Source: Alphaproteobacteria bacterium (lineage in GTDB: Bacteria; Pseudomonadota; Alphaproteobacteria; UBA828). Taken from it: a stretch of 64,000 nucleotides of DNA. The first letter of the stretch is position 1, and each line of letters starts with the position of its first letter. The DNA lies in assembly GCA_963667785.2 (NCBI GenBank), contig CAXXMU010000001.1, positions 96,001 to 160,000 of the forward strand, given 5' to 3'. Below are positions 35,253-45,393 of this stretch, piece after piece. Below the pieces are notes generated by a model, which did not search any database, was not told where the DNA came from, and worked only from the letters and a program-made list of their open reading frames with translations. The position numbers and the translations under genes were made by a program.

Positions 35253-35308
35253 GCAACCCCCGTGGGCGGATCCGTCACCGCCGCCGCGCCAGCCCATGCT
35301 CGCGGCGC

Positions 35309-35337
35309 ACGATGGGGCCGGGGCGCCCCTTAGTCAA
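35309..35337 (-). promoter_or_regulatory. Putative sigma70 promoter of the acetolactate synthase-like gene
   Basis: TTGACT-N17-CATCGT on the minus strand. Confidence 0.45.
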
Positions 35338-35473
35338 CGCGCCCGCTTGGCGGATCACGCCCCTGTTTGAAGAGTTGAAGGACCATGGCGGGGTCGAGGC
35401 GCTAACGGCTGCCTTCCGGCGCAGCGCTGCCTGCCCGGAATGACGGAGCGGGGCGAAGCGCGAGGCCCGGAAG

Positions 35474-35809
35474 TCAGTCGAGCGCGCGCAGGGCCGTCTC
35501 AGGCTCCTTGTCGAGAATCCTGAGCAAGGCCCTGGCGGCGCCCGTGGGCCCGCGTTTGCCTTGCTCCCAGTTGCGTATCGTCTCGTGCGGCACGTCGATT
35601 CGGCGAGCGAACTCCACTTGCGTCAGCCCCAGACGCCTGCGTACCCGACGGGTAAACCGCGCCATGTCCTGCATCGCCTCGACGTCGTCATGGCGCGCCT
35701 GCCGCGCGATATCTTCCTCGGTCGTCGCGTCCAGCATCGCATGGCGGACCCGTCCCGGAGGAAGGCTGCGCGGATTGTCCGGGTCAATTCTGACTCGTGT
35801 TCTGCTCAT
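35474..35809 (-). CDS. XRE-type HTH antitoxin
   Basis: LGLTQVEFA...TIRNWEQGKRGP HTH; overlaps the upstream toxin gene. Confidence 0.88.
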   Translation of the reverse strand: MSRTRVRIDPDNPRSLPPGRVRHAMLDATTEEDIARQARHDDVEAMQDMARFTRRVRRRLGLTQVEFARRIDVPHETIRNWEQGKRGPTGAARALLRILDKEPETALRALD

Positions 35810-36065
35810 ACTCCCGAACCTCCTTGCCGTTGGCCTTGCGCGCCGAAATTATGCGGATGACCGAACCGCGCACCGTGTAGATCACGAGGAACACGCGACC
35901 CTCTATCGACCCGAGCAGCCGATAGCGGTCCTCGCCGTAGTCCCACCGACGATCCCGGCCGACGATCCGGTCGTCATCCAGAAAGGCGCGGATGGCGTAA
36001 GCAAAATCGAAGTCGCGCTGCGCGAGACAGGCGTCGCTCTTGGCATCGTCCCATTCGAATTCCAT
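35784..36065 (-). CDS. BrnT family toxin (RNase)
   Basis: MEFEWDDAK, DYGEDR, RIISARKAN. Confidence 0.92.
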   Translation of the reverse strand: MEFEWDDAKSDACLAQRDFDFAYAIRAFLDDDRIVGRDRRWDYGEDRYRLLGSIEGRVFLVIYTVRGSVIRIISARKANGKEVREYEQNTSQN

Positions 36066-36070
36066 GGCAT

Positions 36071-36099
36071 GATGTAGGCCAATGGCCTACCCGAGTCAA
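36071..36099 (-). promoter_or_regulatory. TA promoter with palindromic operator
   Basis: TTGACT-N17-TACATC; perfect inverted repeat GTAGGCC-AAT-GGCCTAC at 36074-36090. Confidence 0.7.
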
Positions 36100-36125
36100 C
36101 GCTGGGCGCGATGCTGCCGCATGCG

Positions 36126-38546
36126 CTAACCCGGCGCGTCCTCGCCCGAGCTGCTGCCCGCATCCTCCGGCCCGTCGCTGGTCCCGCTGCCCCGCTCGCG
36201 CGGTGTGCGTGCGTGCGGCGTGGCTCGGTCCTCCTTCGCCGGCGCCTGGGGAGGCTGCGCCGGGGCGGGAGCATCGGCGCTCTCCCGCGCGTCTTCGATG
36301 ACCACGCGCGCGGCCGGCGCCCGGCCCTGCTTGTCCTCGCCGAAGTAGATCTGCGTGTGGGGGAAGGGGATCTCGATGCCGCGGGCGTCGAAGGCCGCCT
36401 TGAGCCGGCGGTTGTACTCCCGCCCGGTTGCCCACTGGGTGAGCGGCTTCGTCTTCAGCCGGGCGCGGACGATGACCGCGGAATCGCCGAAGCTGTTGAG
36501 CCCCATGATCTCCAGCGGCTCCAGCATGTTGGGGCCGAAGTCGGGGTCCTGCTGCAGCTCCGCGCCGACCTCGCGCATGACCGCCACCACCTCGTCGTAG
36601 TCCTCGCGGTAGGCGACCCCCATGTCGATCAGGTAGTAGGAGAAGTCCTTGGTCATGTTGGAGACCGAGCCGACCGCGCTGAACGGCACCGTGTGCACGT
36701 GCCCCTGCAGGTCCCGCAGCCGGATCGTGCGAACGGTGATCGCCTCCACCGTGCCGGTATGGCCGCCGGCGGTCACCACGTCGCCCACGGCGACGCTGTC
36801 CTCCAGCAGGATGAAGAGCCCGGTGATGATGTCCTTCACCAGGGTCTGCGCGCCGAAGCCGATGGCGAGGCCGGCCACGCCCACGCCGGCCAGCACCGGC
36901 GCGATGTCGATGCCGATCTCGGAGAGGATCATCAGCGCCGCGATCACGCCGACGACGACGCGGAGCGCGTTGCGGGCGAGCGGCAGCAGCGTCCGCGCGC
37001 GCTGGCTGCGCTCCACCTGCTCGCCCGTCTCGTCGGTCGCGCTCAGGTAGCGATCGACCAGGGTCGTCACCACCTCCAGCACGAGCGCGGCGATGACGGC
37101 GATGGCGACGATCGAGGCAAGCGTGGCGATCACGGCGGTGCCGGTCTCGCTCGCGAGCCAGGTGAAGATGTCGGCGTTCCACGCCTCGAGGATCAGGCAG
37201 AGGCCGAGCAGCAGGATCACCGCCTGCGCCGCGCCGCGCGCGACCGGCAGGTAGCGGTTGACCCGCGCCTGCAGCCCCGGATAGCGCTCGCGAAGCTCGG
37301 TGCGGATGCGGAACCCGCGTTCCATGGCGCGGCGGACGCCGGCGAAGCCGAAGCCCGTGGCCCAGGCGATGACGAGCGTCGCCGCACTCCCCTTGACCAG
37401 GAAGAGGAAGCCGTCCAGCCCGTCGGCTGCCGCGAGCAGCCCGCCGGCGACGACGTAGAGGATGGCCGGGATGTGCCAGAAGTCCGCGAGCTTGCCGAGG
37501 AGCGCGAAGACCCGGAGATGCGCCCGCCCGCCGTGCGCGCGCCCGGTCTCGTGCAGCCAGCGCGCGAGCGGCGCGCGGTTCTGCAGGATGAAGGTGATGA
37601 GCAGCCCGACCAGGAGGATGCCGAGCAGGCGGATCAGCGCGGCGTAGCCGCTCTCCGGCAGGCCGAGGAGGAGCCCGGCCTGGCAGAGGATGTAGCCGTA
37701 GGCGCCGATGTTCACGAGCCGCCGCCACCAGATCGAGCAGTAGGCGGCGTTCACGTCGGAGAGCGGCGCAAGGCGAAGCTGCGGCGCGTAGGGCGCCAGC
37801 ACGAGCGTGCCGGCCGCCTTGGCCAGGCTCGCGATCAGGTGGGCGTTGATGATCGCGAGCGCGATCACGCGCACCGTCTCGCCCGGCTCGATGAGGGTGA
37901 CCGCGCCGTAGCCCGCGCCGGCCGCGACCAGATTGGGCGCCAGCCTCAGAGCCGTGTGGTAGAGCAGGAGCGGCGGCTGCAGCCAGGGGGAGGGCTTCTC
38001 TCGCCGCTCCAGCCGGCGGCGGGGCACGGTGAGCGCGTAGAAGGCGGCGAGCCCGGCGATGACACCCGCGGCGACGCTCGCGAGCAGCCGGCCGAAGGCG
38101 ACGAGCCAGTCGTTGCGCTCGTCGGGCTCGCCGCCGTGCTCGACCACCCAGGCGATCGCATCGGGGATGTCGGCGATCGCGCCCGCGAGCTCGACGATAT
38201 GCGTGCCGAGGACGGCGACGCCGTCGGATATCGCCCGCATCGCGGACGCCTCCTCCGCGCTATCGCCTTCGTCCGCCGTCTGCCGGGCCGCGATCGCCGT
38301 CTTGAGATCGGCGATGAAGCGCTCGCGGCTCTCGGGCGATTCGAGGGTCTCGACCAGCCGCTCGAGCTCGCCCGCGTCGACCGTGCCGTCCGTCGCCGCA
38401 GGCTCCTGCGCCAAGGCCGGCGCGCTCGCCACGAGCCAGAGGGCCGCGAGAAGCAGCGCCGCAGCCCGCGCCGGGCACGCAAAGGCGGCGCGAACCGGCG
38501 GCCCCTGGACACCCGGCCAAAGCGCGTGCCAGAGTGCCGCCGCCAT
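36126..38546 (-). CDS. Large MscS-family mechanosensitive channel (YbiO-like)
   Basis: Signal peptide, many TM segments, [30 protein letters not shown]; start uncertain (38546 or 38570). Confidence 0.9.
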   Translation of the reverse strand: MAAALWHALWPGVQGPPVRAAFACPARAAALLLAALWLVASAPALAQEPAATDGTVDAGELERLVETLESPESRERFIADLKTAIAARQTADEGDSAEEASAMRAISDGVAVLGTHIVELAGAIADIPDAIAWVVEHGGEPDERNDWLVAFGRLLASVAAGVIAGLAAFYALTVPRRRLERREKPSPWLQPPLLLYHTALRLAPNLVAAGAGYGAVTLIEPGETVRVIALAIINAHLIASLAKAAGTLVLAPYAPQLRLAPLSDVNAAYCSIWWRRLVNIGAYGYILCQAGLLLGLPESGYAALIRLLGILLVGLLITFILQNRAPLARWLHETGRAHGGRAHLRVFALLGKLADFWHIPAILYVVAGGLLAAADGLDGFLFLVKGSAATLVIAWATGFGFAGVRRAMERGFRIRTELRERYPGLQARVNRYLPVARGAAQAVILLLGLCLILEAWNADIFTWLASETGTAVIATLASIVAIAVIAALVLEVVTTLVDRYLSATDETGEQVERSQRARTLLPLARNALRVVVGVIAALMILSEIGIDIAPVLAGVGVAGLAIGFGAQTLVKDIITGLFILLEDSVAVGDVVTAGGHTGTVEAITVRTIRLRDLQGHVHTVPFSAVGSVSNMTKDFSYYLIDMGVAYREDYDEVVAVMREVGAELQQDPDFGPNMLEPLEIMGLNSFGDSAVIVRARLKTKPLTQWATGREYNRRLKAAFDARGIEIPFPHTQIYFGEDKQGRAPAARVVIEDARESADAPAPAQPPQAPAKEDRATPHARTPRERGSGTSDGPEDAGSSSGEDAPG

Positions 38547-38568
38547 GCGATGCACCTGGAGGGACGAC

Positions 38569-38916
38569 ATGGCGGTGACTATTTACCACAACCCGCGCTG
38601 CTCCAAGTCCCGTCAGGCATTGCAGCTTCTGCGCGAGCGGGGCGTCGAGCCGGTGATCGTGGAGTATCTGAAGACGCCGCCCGGTGCGCGCGAGATCGGC
38701 GGCCTGCTGCAAAAGCTCGGGATGGAGCCGCGCGCTCTCATGCGCGCGAAGGAGGCCGCCTACCGCGAGGCCGGCATGGCGGACGAGAGCCTCTCCCGCC
38801 GGGCGCTGATCGACCTCATGGCGCAGAACCCCATCGTGATCGAGCGGCCGATCGTGGTGAGCGGCGACCGCGCGGCCCTCGGCCGGCCGCCCGAGAACGT
38901 GCTCACCGTCCTCTAG
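38569..38916 (+). CDS. arsC: ArsC family (glutaredoxin-type) arsenate reductase-like protein
   Basis: [21 protein letters not shown]; GGAGG RBS. Confidence 0.88.
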   Translation: MAVTIYHNPRCSKSRQALQLLRERGVEPVIVEYLKTPPGAREIGGLLQKLGMEPRALMRAKEAAYREAGMADESLSRRALIDLMAQNPIVIERPIVVSGDRAALGRPPENVLTVL

Positions 38917-38933
38917 CCTCCCACGCTCAGCCC

Positions 38934-39887
38934 GTGGACCTTCCGGTCGTCTTTCACCCGGACTACACGGTCCCGCTGCCGCCCGGCCACCGCTTCCCGA
39001 TCGGCAAGTTCGGGCGTATCCGAGACGTGCTGCTGGAGGACGGCGTGATCCCGCCAGAGAGCCTGGTGGAGCCCGCGCCCGCATCCCGCGCCTGGCTCAC
39101 GCTCGCCCACGACGAGGCCTACGTCGACGCGGTGCTGGCGCTTGCGCTCGACCGCCGCGCCGTCCGCCGCCTCGGGCTGCCGCTGTCGGACGCGCTGGTC
39201 CGGCGCGGCCGCGCCGCGGTCGGCGGCACCGTGCTCACCGGCCGGCTCGCGCTGGAGCGCGGGCTCGCCTGCAACACCGCCGGCGGCAGCCATCATGCCT
39301 TCGCCGATCACGGTGCCGGCTTCTGCCTCTTCAACGACGTCGCCGTCGCCATCCGCGTGCTGCGGAAGGAGGGGCTGGTCGACCGCGCGCTGGTGGTCGA
39401 TCTCGACGTCCACCAGGGCGACGGCACCGCCGCGATCTTCCACGCGGAGCCGGAGACCTTCACCTTCTCGCTCCACTGCGAGGCCAACTATCCGCCGGCC
39501 AAGGAGACGGGCGATCTAGACATCGGCATTCCCCCCGGCACTAGCGATGCAGTCTATCAGGCGGTGCTGGAGACCCACTTGCCGGGCGTCCTCGCGCGCC
39601 ACCGGCCGGACATCGTGTTCTACAATGCGGGCGTCGATCCCCACGCGGAGGACAAGCTCGGCCGGCTCGCCCTCGGCGACGAGGGGCTCGCCCGGCGCGA
39701 CCGCTATGTGATCGAGACCTGCCGCGCCGCCGGCGCGCCCGTGGCCTGCGTGGTGGGCGGCGGCTATGCCGACGACCTCGATCGCCTCGCGCGCCGGCAT
39801 ACGAGCGTCCATCGGGCCGCCGCCACGGTGGCGCGAGAGGCGCGCGCGGCAGAGGGGCGGGTGCGGGTTGCGGGAGGGAGGCGATGA
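38934..39887 (+). CDS. Histone deacetylase family protein
   Basis: [34 protein letters not shown]. Confidence 0.92.
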   Translation: MDLPVVFHPDYTVPLPPGHRFPIGKFGRIRDVLLEDGVIPPESLVEPAPASRAWLTLAHDEAYVDAVLALALDRRAVRRLGLPLSDALVRRGRAAVGGTVLTGRLALERGLACNTAGGSHHAFADHGAGFCLFNDVAVAIRVLRKEGLVDRALVVDLDVHQGDGTAAIFHAEPETFTFSLHCEANYPPAKETGDLDIGIPPGTSDAVYQAVLETHLPGVLARHRPDIVFYNAGVDPHAEDKLGRLALGDEGLARRDRYVIETCRAAGAPVACVVGGGYADDLDRLARRHTSVHRAAATVAREARAAEGRVRVAGGRR

Positions 39888-40915
39888 AGGCGGCTGTGAT
39901 TCACGGCTACGGCGAGGCGTTCGACACCATCGTCTACGAGGACGTGCAGACGCCCGCGGCCGGCCCCGACGAGCTTCTGATCGAGGTCCACGCTTGCGGC
40001 GTGAACCACTGCGACACCGATCTGCGCAAGGGCCTCTTCGGCGTGGACAGCCCCATGCCGCACGTCATGGGGGTGGACGCTGCCGGCACCGTCGCCGACG
40101 CAGGTGCCGGCGTGACGGCGTTCGCCGAGGGCGACCGGGTCGCGCCTCACTTCATGCTGAGCTGCGGCGCCTGCGCCCATTGCCGCGACGGCGCCGAGAA
40201 CCTCTGCGAGGCCGCGGGCGTGCTCGGGGTTACCCAGTGGGGCGGCTACGCCGAGTACGTGAAGGTGCGCCACGACCATGTCGTGCGGATCCCCGACGCG
40301 CTCAGCTTCGAGGACGCGGTGGCCGGCCAGATCCCCTTCGCCACCGCCTGGGAGGCGCTGATCGAGGAGATCGGGCTGCGCGCCGGCGAGACGGTGCTGA
40401 TCACCGCAGCCGGCGGCGGCGTCGGCTCCGCGGCGGTGCAGATCGCCGCGCTCGCGGGCGCGCGGGTGATCGCCGCCGCAGGCTCGGAGGAGAAGCTGGA
40501 GAAGGCGCGCGCCCTCGGCGCCGACGCCGGCATCGACTACACGAAGCGCGATATCGGCGCGGAAGCCCGCCGGCTCACCGATGGCCGGGGCGTCGATGCG
40601 GCGCTGGAGATGACCGGGGGCGCGATCCTCGTCGGTGCGATCGACGCGCTGGCTGCGGGCGGCCGCCTCGCCACCATCGGCGCTCACGGCGGCGAGCGGG
40701 TGGAGATCGACTTCATCGAGCTCTTCCGCAAGCATGTCTCGGTGCACGGCTGCGGCCGCTCCACCAAGGCCCATGTCGAGCGGGTGCTCGGGTTGATGGC
40801 CGAGGGCCATCTCACGCCCGTGATTCACCGCACCTTCCCGCTCCGCGAGGCGCCGGCGGCCCATGCGCTGATGGAGAGCCGCGACTTCTTCGGCCGCATG
40901 ATCATGCGGCCTTGA
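39884..40915 (+). CDS. Zinc-binding alcohol dehydrogenase family protein
   Basis: Structural Zn motif CGACAHC...C, AAGGGVG nucleotide-binding motif. Confidence 0.9.
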   Translation: MKAAVIHGYGEAFDTIVYEDVQTPAAGPDELLIEVHACGVNHCDTDLRKGLFGVDSPMPHVMGVDAAGTVADAGAGVTAFAEGDRVAPHFMLSCGACAHCRDGAENLCEAAGVLGVTQWGGYAEYVKVRHDHVVRIPDALSFEDAVAGQIPFATAWEALIEEIGLRAGETVLITAAGGGVGSAAVQIAALAGARVIAAAGSEEKLEKARALGADAGIDYTKRDIGAEARRLTDGRGVDAALEMTGGAILVGAIDALAAGGRLATIGAHGGERVEIDFIELFRKHVSVHGCGRSTKAHVERVLGLMAEGHLTPVIHRTFPLREAPAAHALMESRDFFGRMIMRP

Positions 40916-40929
40916 GCCGCCCGGTCTCG

Positions 40930-41589
40930 GTGCCCGATCCGCTCGGCAACTTCGCCTTCACCTGGCCCTTCTACGCAGGCGGGGTCATCGCCTATCTGAT
41001 CGGCGCGCTGCCGATGGGCCTGGTCGTCGCGCGTCTCTTTCGCTTGGGTGACCCCAGGCGCATCGGCTCCGGCAATATCGGCGCTACCAACGTGCTGCGC
41101 ACCGGCAGCAAGGCGGCGGCGGCGCTCACCCTCGTTCTCGACGGTGGCAAGGGCGCCGTGGCCGTCGTCATCGCCCAGCGCTTCGGCCCCGACATGGCGG
41201 TGATCGCCGCCGGCGCCGCGGTCGTGGGCCACGTCGCCCCGGTCTGGCTGCTCTTCAGGGGCGGCAAGGGCGTCGCCACGACGCTCGGCGTGCTCCTCGC
41301 CATCGCCTGGCCGGTTGGCCTCGTCGCCTGCGGCCTCTGGCTCGCCGTCGCCGGCCTCTTCCGCTACTCGTCGCTGGCGGCGCTGGTCGCAATCGGCGCG
41401 GCGCCGGGCTTCGCGCTCCTCTTCGAGGCGCCGCAGATCGCCTGGCTGGCGGGCTTTCTCGCAGTCCTGGTGACGCTCCGCCATGCCGGCAACATCGCCC
41501 GCCTCGCACGCGGCCGCGAGCCCCGAATCGGTCTCGGCAGCCGAAGCGCCGCGGCCGCGGCTCCGGCAGACCCCCCGGCGGACCGGTGA
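40930..41589 (+). CDS. plsY: Glycerol-3-phosphate acyltransferase
   Basis: GSGNIGATNVLR, DGGKG, GGKGVAT, RHAGNI. Confidence 0.95.
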   Translation: MPDPLGNFAFTWPFYAGGVIAYLIGALPMGLVVARLFRLGDPRRIGSGNIGATNVLRTGSKAAAALTLVLDGGKGAVAVVIAQRFGPDMAVIAAGAAVVGHVAPVWLLFRGGKGVATTLGVLLAIAWPVGLVACGLWLAVAGLFRYSSLAALVAIGAAPGFALLFEAPQIAWLAGFLAVLVTLRHAGNIARLARGREPRIGLGSRSAAAAAPADPPADR

Positions 41590-42725
41590 CGGACACCGGC
41601 ACCCACACGCTCACCGAGGGCGAGCGCCTCGACTGGCTGCGCCTCGCCCGCAGCGAGAATGTCGGGCCGATCACCTTCTTCGCCCTGCTCGCCCGCTTCG
41701 GCACGCCCGGCGCCGTGCTTGACGCGCTGCCGGGGCTCGCGCGGCGCGGCGGCCGCCGGCGCCCGGTCAAGGTCTGCTCGCGCGCGACTGCAGAGCGCGA
41801 GATGGAAGCGCTCGCCCAGCTCGGCGGGTCGCTGATCGCGCTGGGCGAGCCGGCGTACCCGCCGGTGCTCGCCGCCATCGCCGATCCGCCGCCGGTGCTC
41901 AGCCTGCGCGGCCGCGCCGGGCTGCTTGCGCGCGACTCCGTCGCCATCGTCGGCGCGCGCAACGCGTCCGCCGGCGGGCTGCACCTCGCCGAGCGGCTGG
42001 CGGCGGATCTGGGCGCTGCCAAGCTCGTGGTGGTCTCCGGCATGGCGCGCGGCATCGATGCGCGGGCGCATGTCGGCGCGCTCGCCACCGGCACGGTGGC
42101 CGTCATGGGCGGCGGAGTCGATGTCGCCTATCCGAAGCAGAACCGGCAGCTCTACGAGCGGCTGCTGGAGGAGGCCGCGGTGATCGCCGAAGCCCCTCTC
42201 GGCACCGTTCCGATGGGGCGCCACTTCCCGCGCCGCAACCGCATCATCGCGGGCCTCTGTCGCGCCGTGGTCGTGGTCGAGGGCGCGGCCCGCTCGGGAT
42301 CGCTGATCACGGCGCGGCTCGCGCTGGAGCAAGGCCGCGAGGTGCTGGCGGTGCCCGGCTCGCCGCTCGACCCGCGCTCGGCCGGCCCCAACCGCCTGCT
42401 TCGGCAGGGCGCGACGCTGGTGGAGAGCGCGGCCGACGTGCTCGATGCGCTGGCAGACGGCCGCCCCCGGGTGCTCGACGAGCCGCGCCGGGACTGGCCT
42501 AGCGCCGCCCGATCCGAGCCGCCGGAAGAGGACGACGCGCCGGCCGGCGCCCGCGAGACCGTGGTCTCGCTGCTGGGCCCGAGCCCGGTGCCGGTGGACT
42601 TCCTCGTGCGCGAGAGCCGGTTGACACCCGCGACGGTGGCGACCATTTTGCTGGAGCTTGAGTTGGCGGGACGCCTGGAGCGGCAGCCGGGCAACCGCGT
42701 CTCACTCTCCCGGCCGGCGGCGTAG
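41586..42725 (+). CDS. dprA: DNA-processing protein DprA
   Basis: VGARNAS, VSGMARGID, FPRRNRII, SGSLITA, VPGSP, C-terminal wHTH. Confidence 0.96.
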   Translation: MTDTGTHTLTEGERLDWLRLARSENVGPITFFALLARFGTPGAVLDALPGLARRGGRRRPVKVCSRATAEREMEALAQLGGSLIALGEPAYPPVLAAIADPPPVLSLRGRAGLLARDSVAIVGARNASAGGLHLAERLAADLGAAKLVVVSGMARGIDARAHVGALATGTVAVMGGGVDVAYPKQNRQLYERLLEEAAVIAEAPLGTVPMGRHFPRRNRIIAGLCRAVVVVEGAARSGSLITARLALEQGREVLAVPGSPLDPRSAGPNRLLRQGATLVESAADVLDALADGRPRVLDEPRRDWPSAARSEPPEEDDAPAGARETVVSLLGPSPVPVDFLVRESRLTPATVATILLELELAGRLERQPGNRVSLSRPAA

Positions 42726-42760
42726 CACCGCCCATCGGCGCTGCCAGCGGTCGTTGCGGA

Positions 42761-45370
42761 ATGGACGTCGTCGTCGTCGAATCGCCTACAAAGGCGACCA
42801 CCATCAGCAAGTATCTGGGGCCCGGCTACAGGGTCGTGGCCTCCTACGGCCATGTCCGCGACCTCCTGCCCAAGGACGGCTCGGTGCGGCCGGACGAGTC
42901 CTTCGCCATGGACTGGACCGTCGCCGACGGCGCCGAGAAGCGGATCGGCGCCATCGGCAAGGCGCTGAAGGGGGCGGACCAGCTCTATCTCGCGACCGAC
43001 CCGGATCGCGAGGGCGAGGCGATCTCCTGGCACGTGATGGACGAGCTCGGCCGGCGCGGGCTGCTGGACGGCATCGCAGTCAGGCGCGTGGTCTTCAGCG
43101 AGGTCACCAGGAGCGCCGTGCTCGCCGCCATGGCGGAGCCCCGCGACCTCGACGACCACCTGGTCGACGCCTACAAGGCGCGCCGGGCGCTCGACTACCT
43201 GGTGGGCTTCACCCTCTCGCCGGTGCTCTGGCGCAAGCTTCCGGGCTCGCGCTCGGCCGGCCGCGTGCAGTCGGTGGCGCTCAGGCTGGTGTGCGACCGC
43301 GAGCTGGAGATCGAGGCCTTCGAGCCGCGCGAGTACTGGTCGATCGAGGTCGAGCTCGACACGCCCCGGGGCGAGCGCATGGCGGCCCGCCTTGCCCGCC
43401 TCGACGGCCAAAAGCTCGGCAAGTACGCGCTCGGCGACGAGGCGGCGGCCAGGGAGGCGGCGGCGCTCGTCCGCGCCGGCAGCTACAGCGTCGCCGCCGT
43501 CGAGCCGAAGCGCGTCAAGCGAAATCCGGCGCCGCCCTTCACCACGTCCACCCTGCAGCAGGAGGCCTCGCGCAAGCTCGGCTTCGCCGCCCGGCGCACC
43601 ATGCAGGTGGCCCAGCAGCTCTACGAGGGCATCGCCGTGAACGGCGAGCAGGTGGGCCTCATCACCTACATGCGGACCGACGGCGTGCAGATCGCGGGCC
43701 AGGCGATCGGCCGGGCGCGAGAGGTGATCGGTGAGCGCTACGGCGCGGCCTACGTGCCGGAAAAGCCCCGCCTCTACCGGACCAGGGCGAAGAACGCGCA
43801 GGAAGCGCACGAGGCGATCCGCCCCACCGATCTCGCCCGTGCCCCGCAGGCACTCAGCGCCGCGCTCAACCGGGATCAGGCCCGGCTCTACGAGCTCATC
43901 TGGAAGCGCGCGCTGGCGAGCCAGATGGCGAGCGCCGAGATAGACCGGGTGAGCGTGGACATCGCCTCCGACGACGGCCGTGTGGGCCTGCGTGCCTCCG
44001 GCTCGACCGTCGCCTTCGACGGCTTCCTGCGGGTCTATCAGGAGGGCCGGGACGACGCCCGGCGCGACAACGGCAACGGCCTGGACGACGACGAGCGCGC
44101 GCTGCCGCAGGTGGCCGCCGGCGAGCCGATGGCGCTGGCCGGCGTCACGCCCGCCCGCCACGTCACCGAGCCGCCGCCCCGCTTCTCCGAGGCGAGCCTA
44201 GTGAGACGGCTCGAGGAGCTCGGCATCGGGCGCCCCTCCACCTATGCCGCGATCCTCTCGGTGCTGCAGGACCGCAACTACGTGCGCCTCGAGAAGCGCC
44301 GCTTCGTGCCGGAGGACCGCGGGCGCATCGTCACGGTGTTCCTGGAGAACTTCTTCAGCCGCTACGTGGAGTACGACTTCACCGCCTCGCTGGAAGGCCA
44401 GCTCGACACCATCTCCGCCGGCGAGGTCGACTGGCGGCAGGTGCTGAGCGACTTCTGGCGCGACTTCGCCGGGGCGGTGGAGGAGACCAAGGGGCTCAGG
44501 GTCGCCCAGGTTCTCGATGCGCTCGACGCGACGCTGGGCCGGCACCTCTTCCCGGCCGAGGACGGCGAGGAGGACCGCCGCTGCCCCTCTTGCGAGGACG
44601 GCCGGCTCGGCCTGAAGCTCGGGCGCTACGGCCCCTTCGTCGGCTGCGCCAACTATCCCGACTGCCGCTACACCCGCCCGCTCGCCGATGCCGAGGCGGA
44701 CGCCGCGGAGCCGCGCGAGATCGGCCGCGATCCCGCGACCGGCCTGGCGGTGACGCTGAAGCGCGGTCCCTACGGCCTCTACGTCGAGCGTGCCGCCGAG
44801 GGCGCGGCGAAGGAGAAGCCGAAGCGCGTCTCCCTGCCCCAGGACATGGCGCCCGATCTGGTCGATCTCGAGACCGCGCTCGGCCTGCTCGCGCTGCCCC
44901 GCGAGATCGGCACCCATCCCGAGACCGGCAAGCCGGTCACCGCCGGCCTCGGCCGCTTCGGCGCCTACGTCAAGCATGACGGCGCCTACTGCTCGCTGCC
45001 GCGCGGCGAAAGCGTGCTGACGGTGGGGCTCAACCGGGCGGTGGTGCTGATTGCGGAGAAGAAGGGGCGGGGTGCGCGCGTGCTGCGGGAGCTCGGCGCG
45101 CACCCCGACGGCGGCGAGCCGGTGAAGCTCTGCTCCGGCCGCTACGGACCCTACGTGCAGCATCGCCGGCTGCGCGCATCGCTGCCCAAGGACGCATCGG
45201 CCGACGACTTCAGCCTGGACGACGCCGTCCAGCTGCTCGCCGCGAAGGCGGCCCAGCCCAAGAGGAAAGGCGCCGGGCGCGGCCGCAAGACGGCGTCCGG
45301 GTCCGGCCGGGCCAAGGCGAAGCGCGGCGCGAAGAGCCAGGCCGACGCGCCTGCCGGCGGCGCGCCCTAG
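42761..45370 (+). CDS. topA: DNA topoisomerase I
   Basis: VESPTKA, DPDREGEAI, SAGRVQS, ITYMRTD, GIGRPSTY, one Zn ribbon, C-terminal repeats. Confidence 0.97.
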   Translation: MDVVVVESPTKATTISKYLGPGYRVVASYGHVRDLLPKDGSVRPDESFAMDWTVADGAEKRIGAIGKALKGADQLYLATDPDREGEAISWHVMDELGRRGLLDGIAVRRVVFSEVTRSAVLAAMAEPRDLDDHLVDAYKARRALDYLVGFTLSPVLWRKLPGSRSAGRVQSVALRLVCDRELEIEAFEPREYWSIEVELDTPRGERMAARLARLDGQKLGKYALGDEAAAREAAALVRAGSYSVAAVEPKRVKRNPAPPFTTSTLQQEASRKLGFAARRTMQVAQQLYEGIAVNGEQVGLITYMRTDGVQIAGQAIGRAREVIGERYGAAYVPEKPRLYRTRAKNAQEAHEAIRPTDLARAPQALSAALNRDQARLYELIWKRALASQMASAEIDRVSVDIASDDGRVGLRASGSTVAFDGFLRVYQEGRDDARRDNGNGLDDDERALPQVAAGEPMALAGVTPARHVTEPPPRFSEASLVRRLEELGIGRPSTYAAILSVLQDRNYVRLEKRRFVPEDRGRIVTVFLENFFSRYVEYDFTASLEGQLDTISAGEVDWRQVLSDFWRDFAGAVEETKGLRVAQVLDALDATLGRHLFPAEDGEEDRRCPSCEDGRLGLKLGRYGPFVGCANYPDCRYTRPLADAEADAAEPREIGRDPATGLAVTLKRGPYGLYVERAAEGAAKEKPKRVSLPQDMAPDLVDLETALGLLALPREIGTHPETGKPVTAGLGRFGAYVKHDGAYCSLPRGESVLTVGLNRAVVLIAEKKGRGARVLRELGAHPDGGEPVKLCSGRYGPYVQHRRLRASLPKDASADDFSLDDAVQLLAAKAAQPKRKGAGRGRKTASGSGRAKAKRGAKSQADAPAGGAP

Positions 45371-45393
45371 ACGCATGGCGTCCTGAGGCGGTC

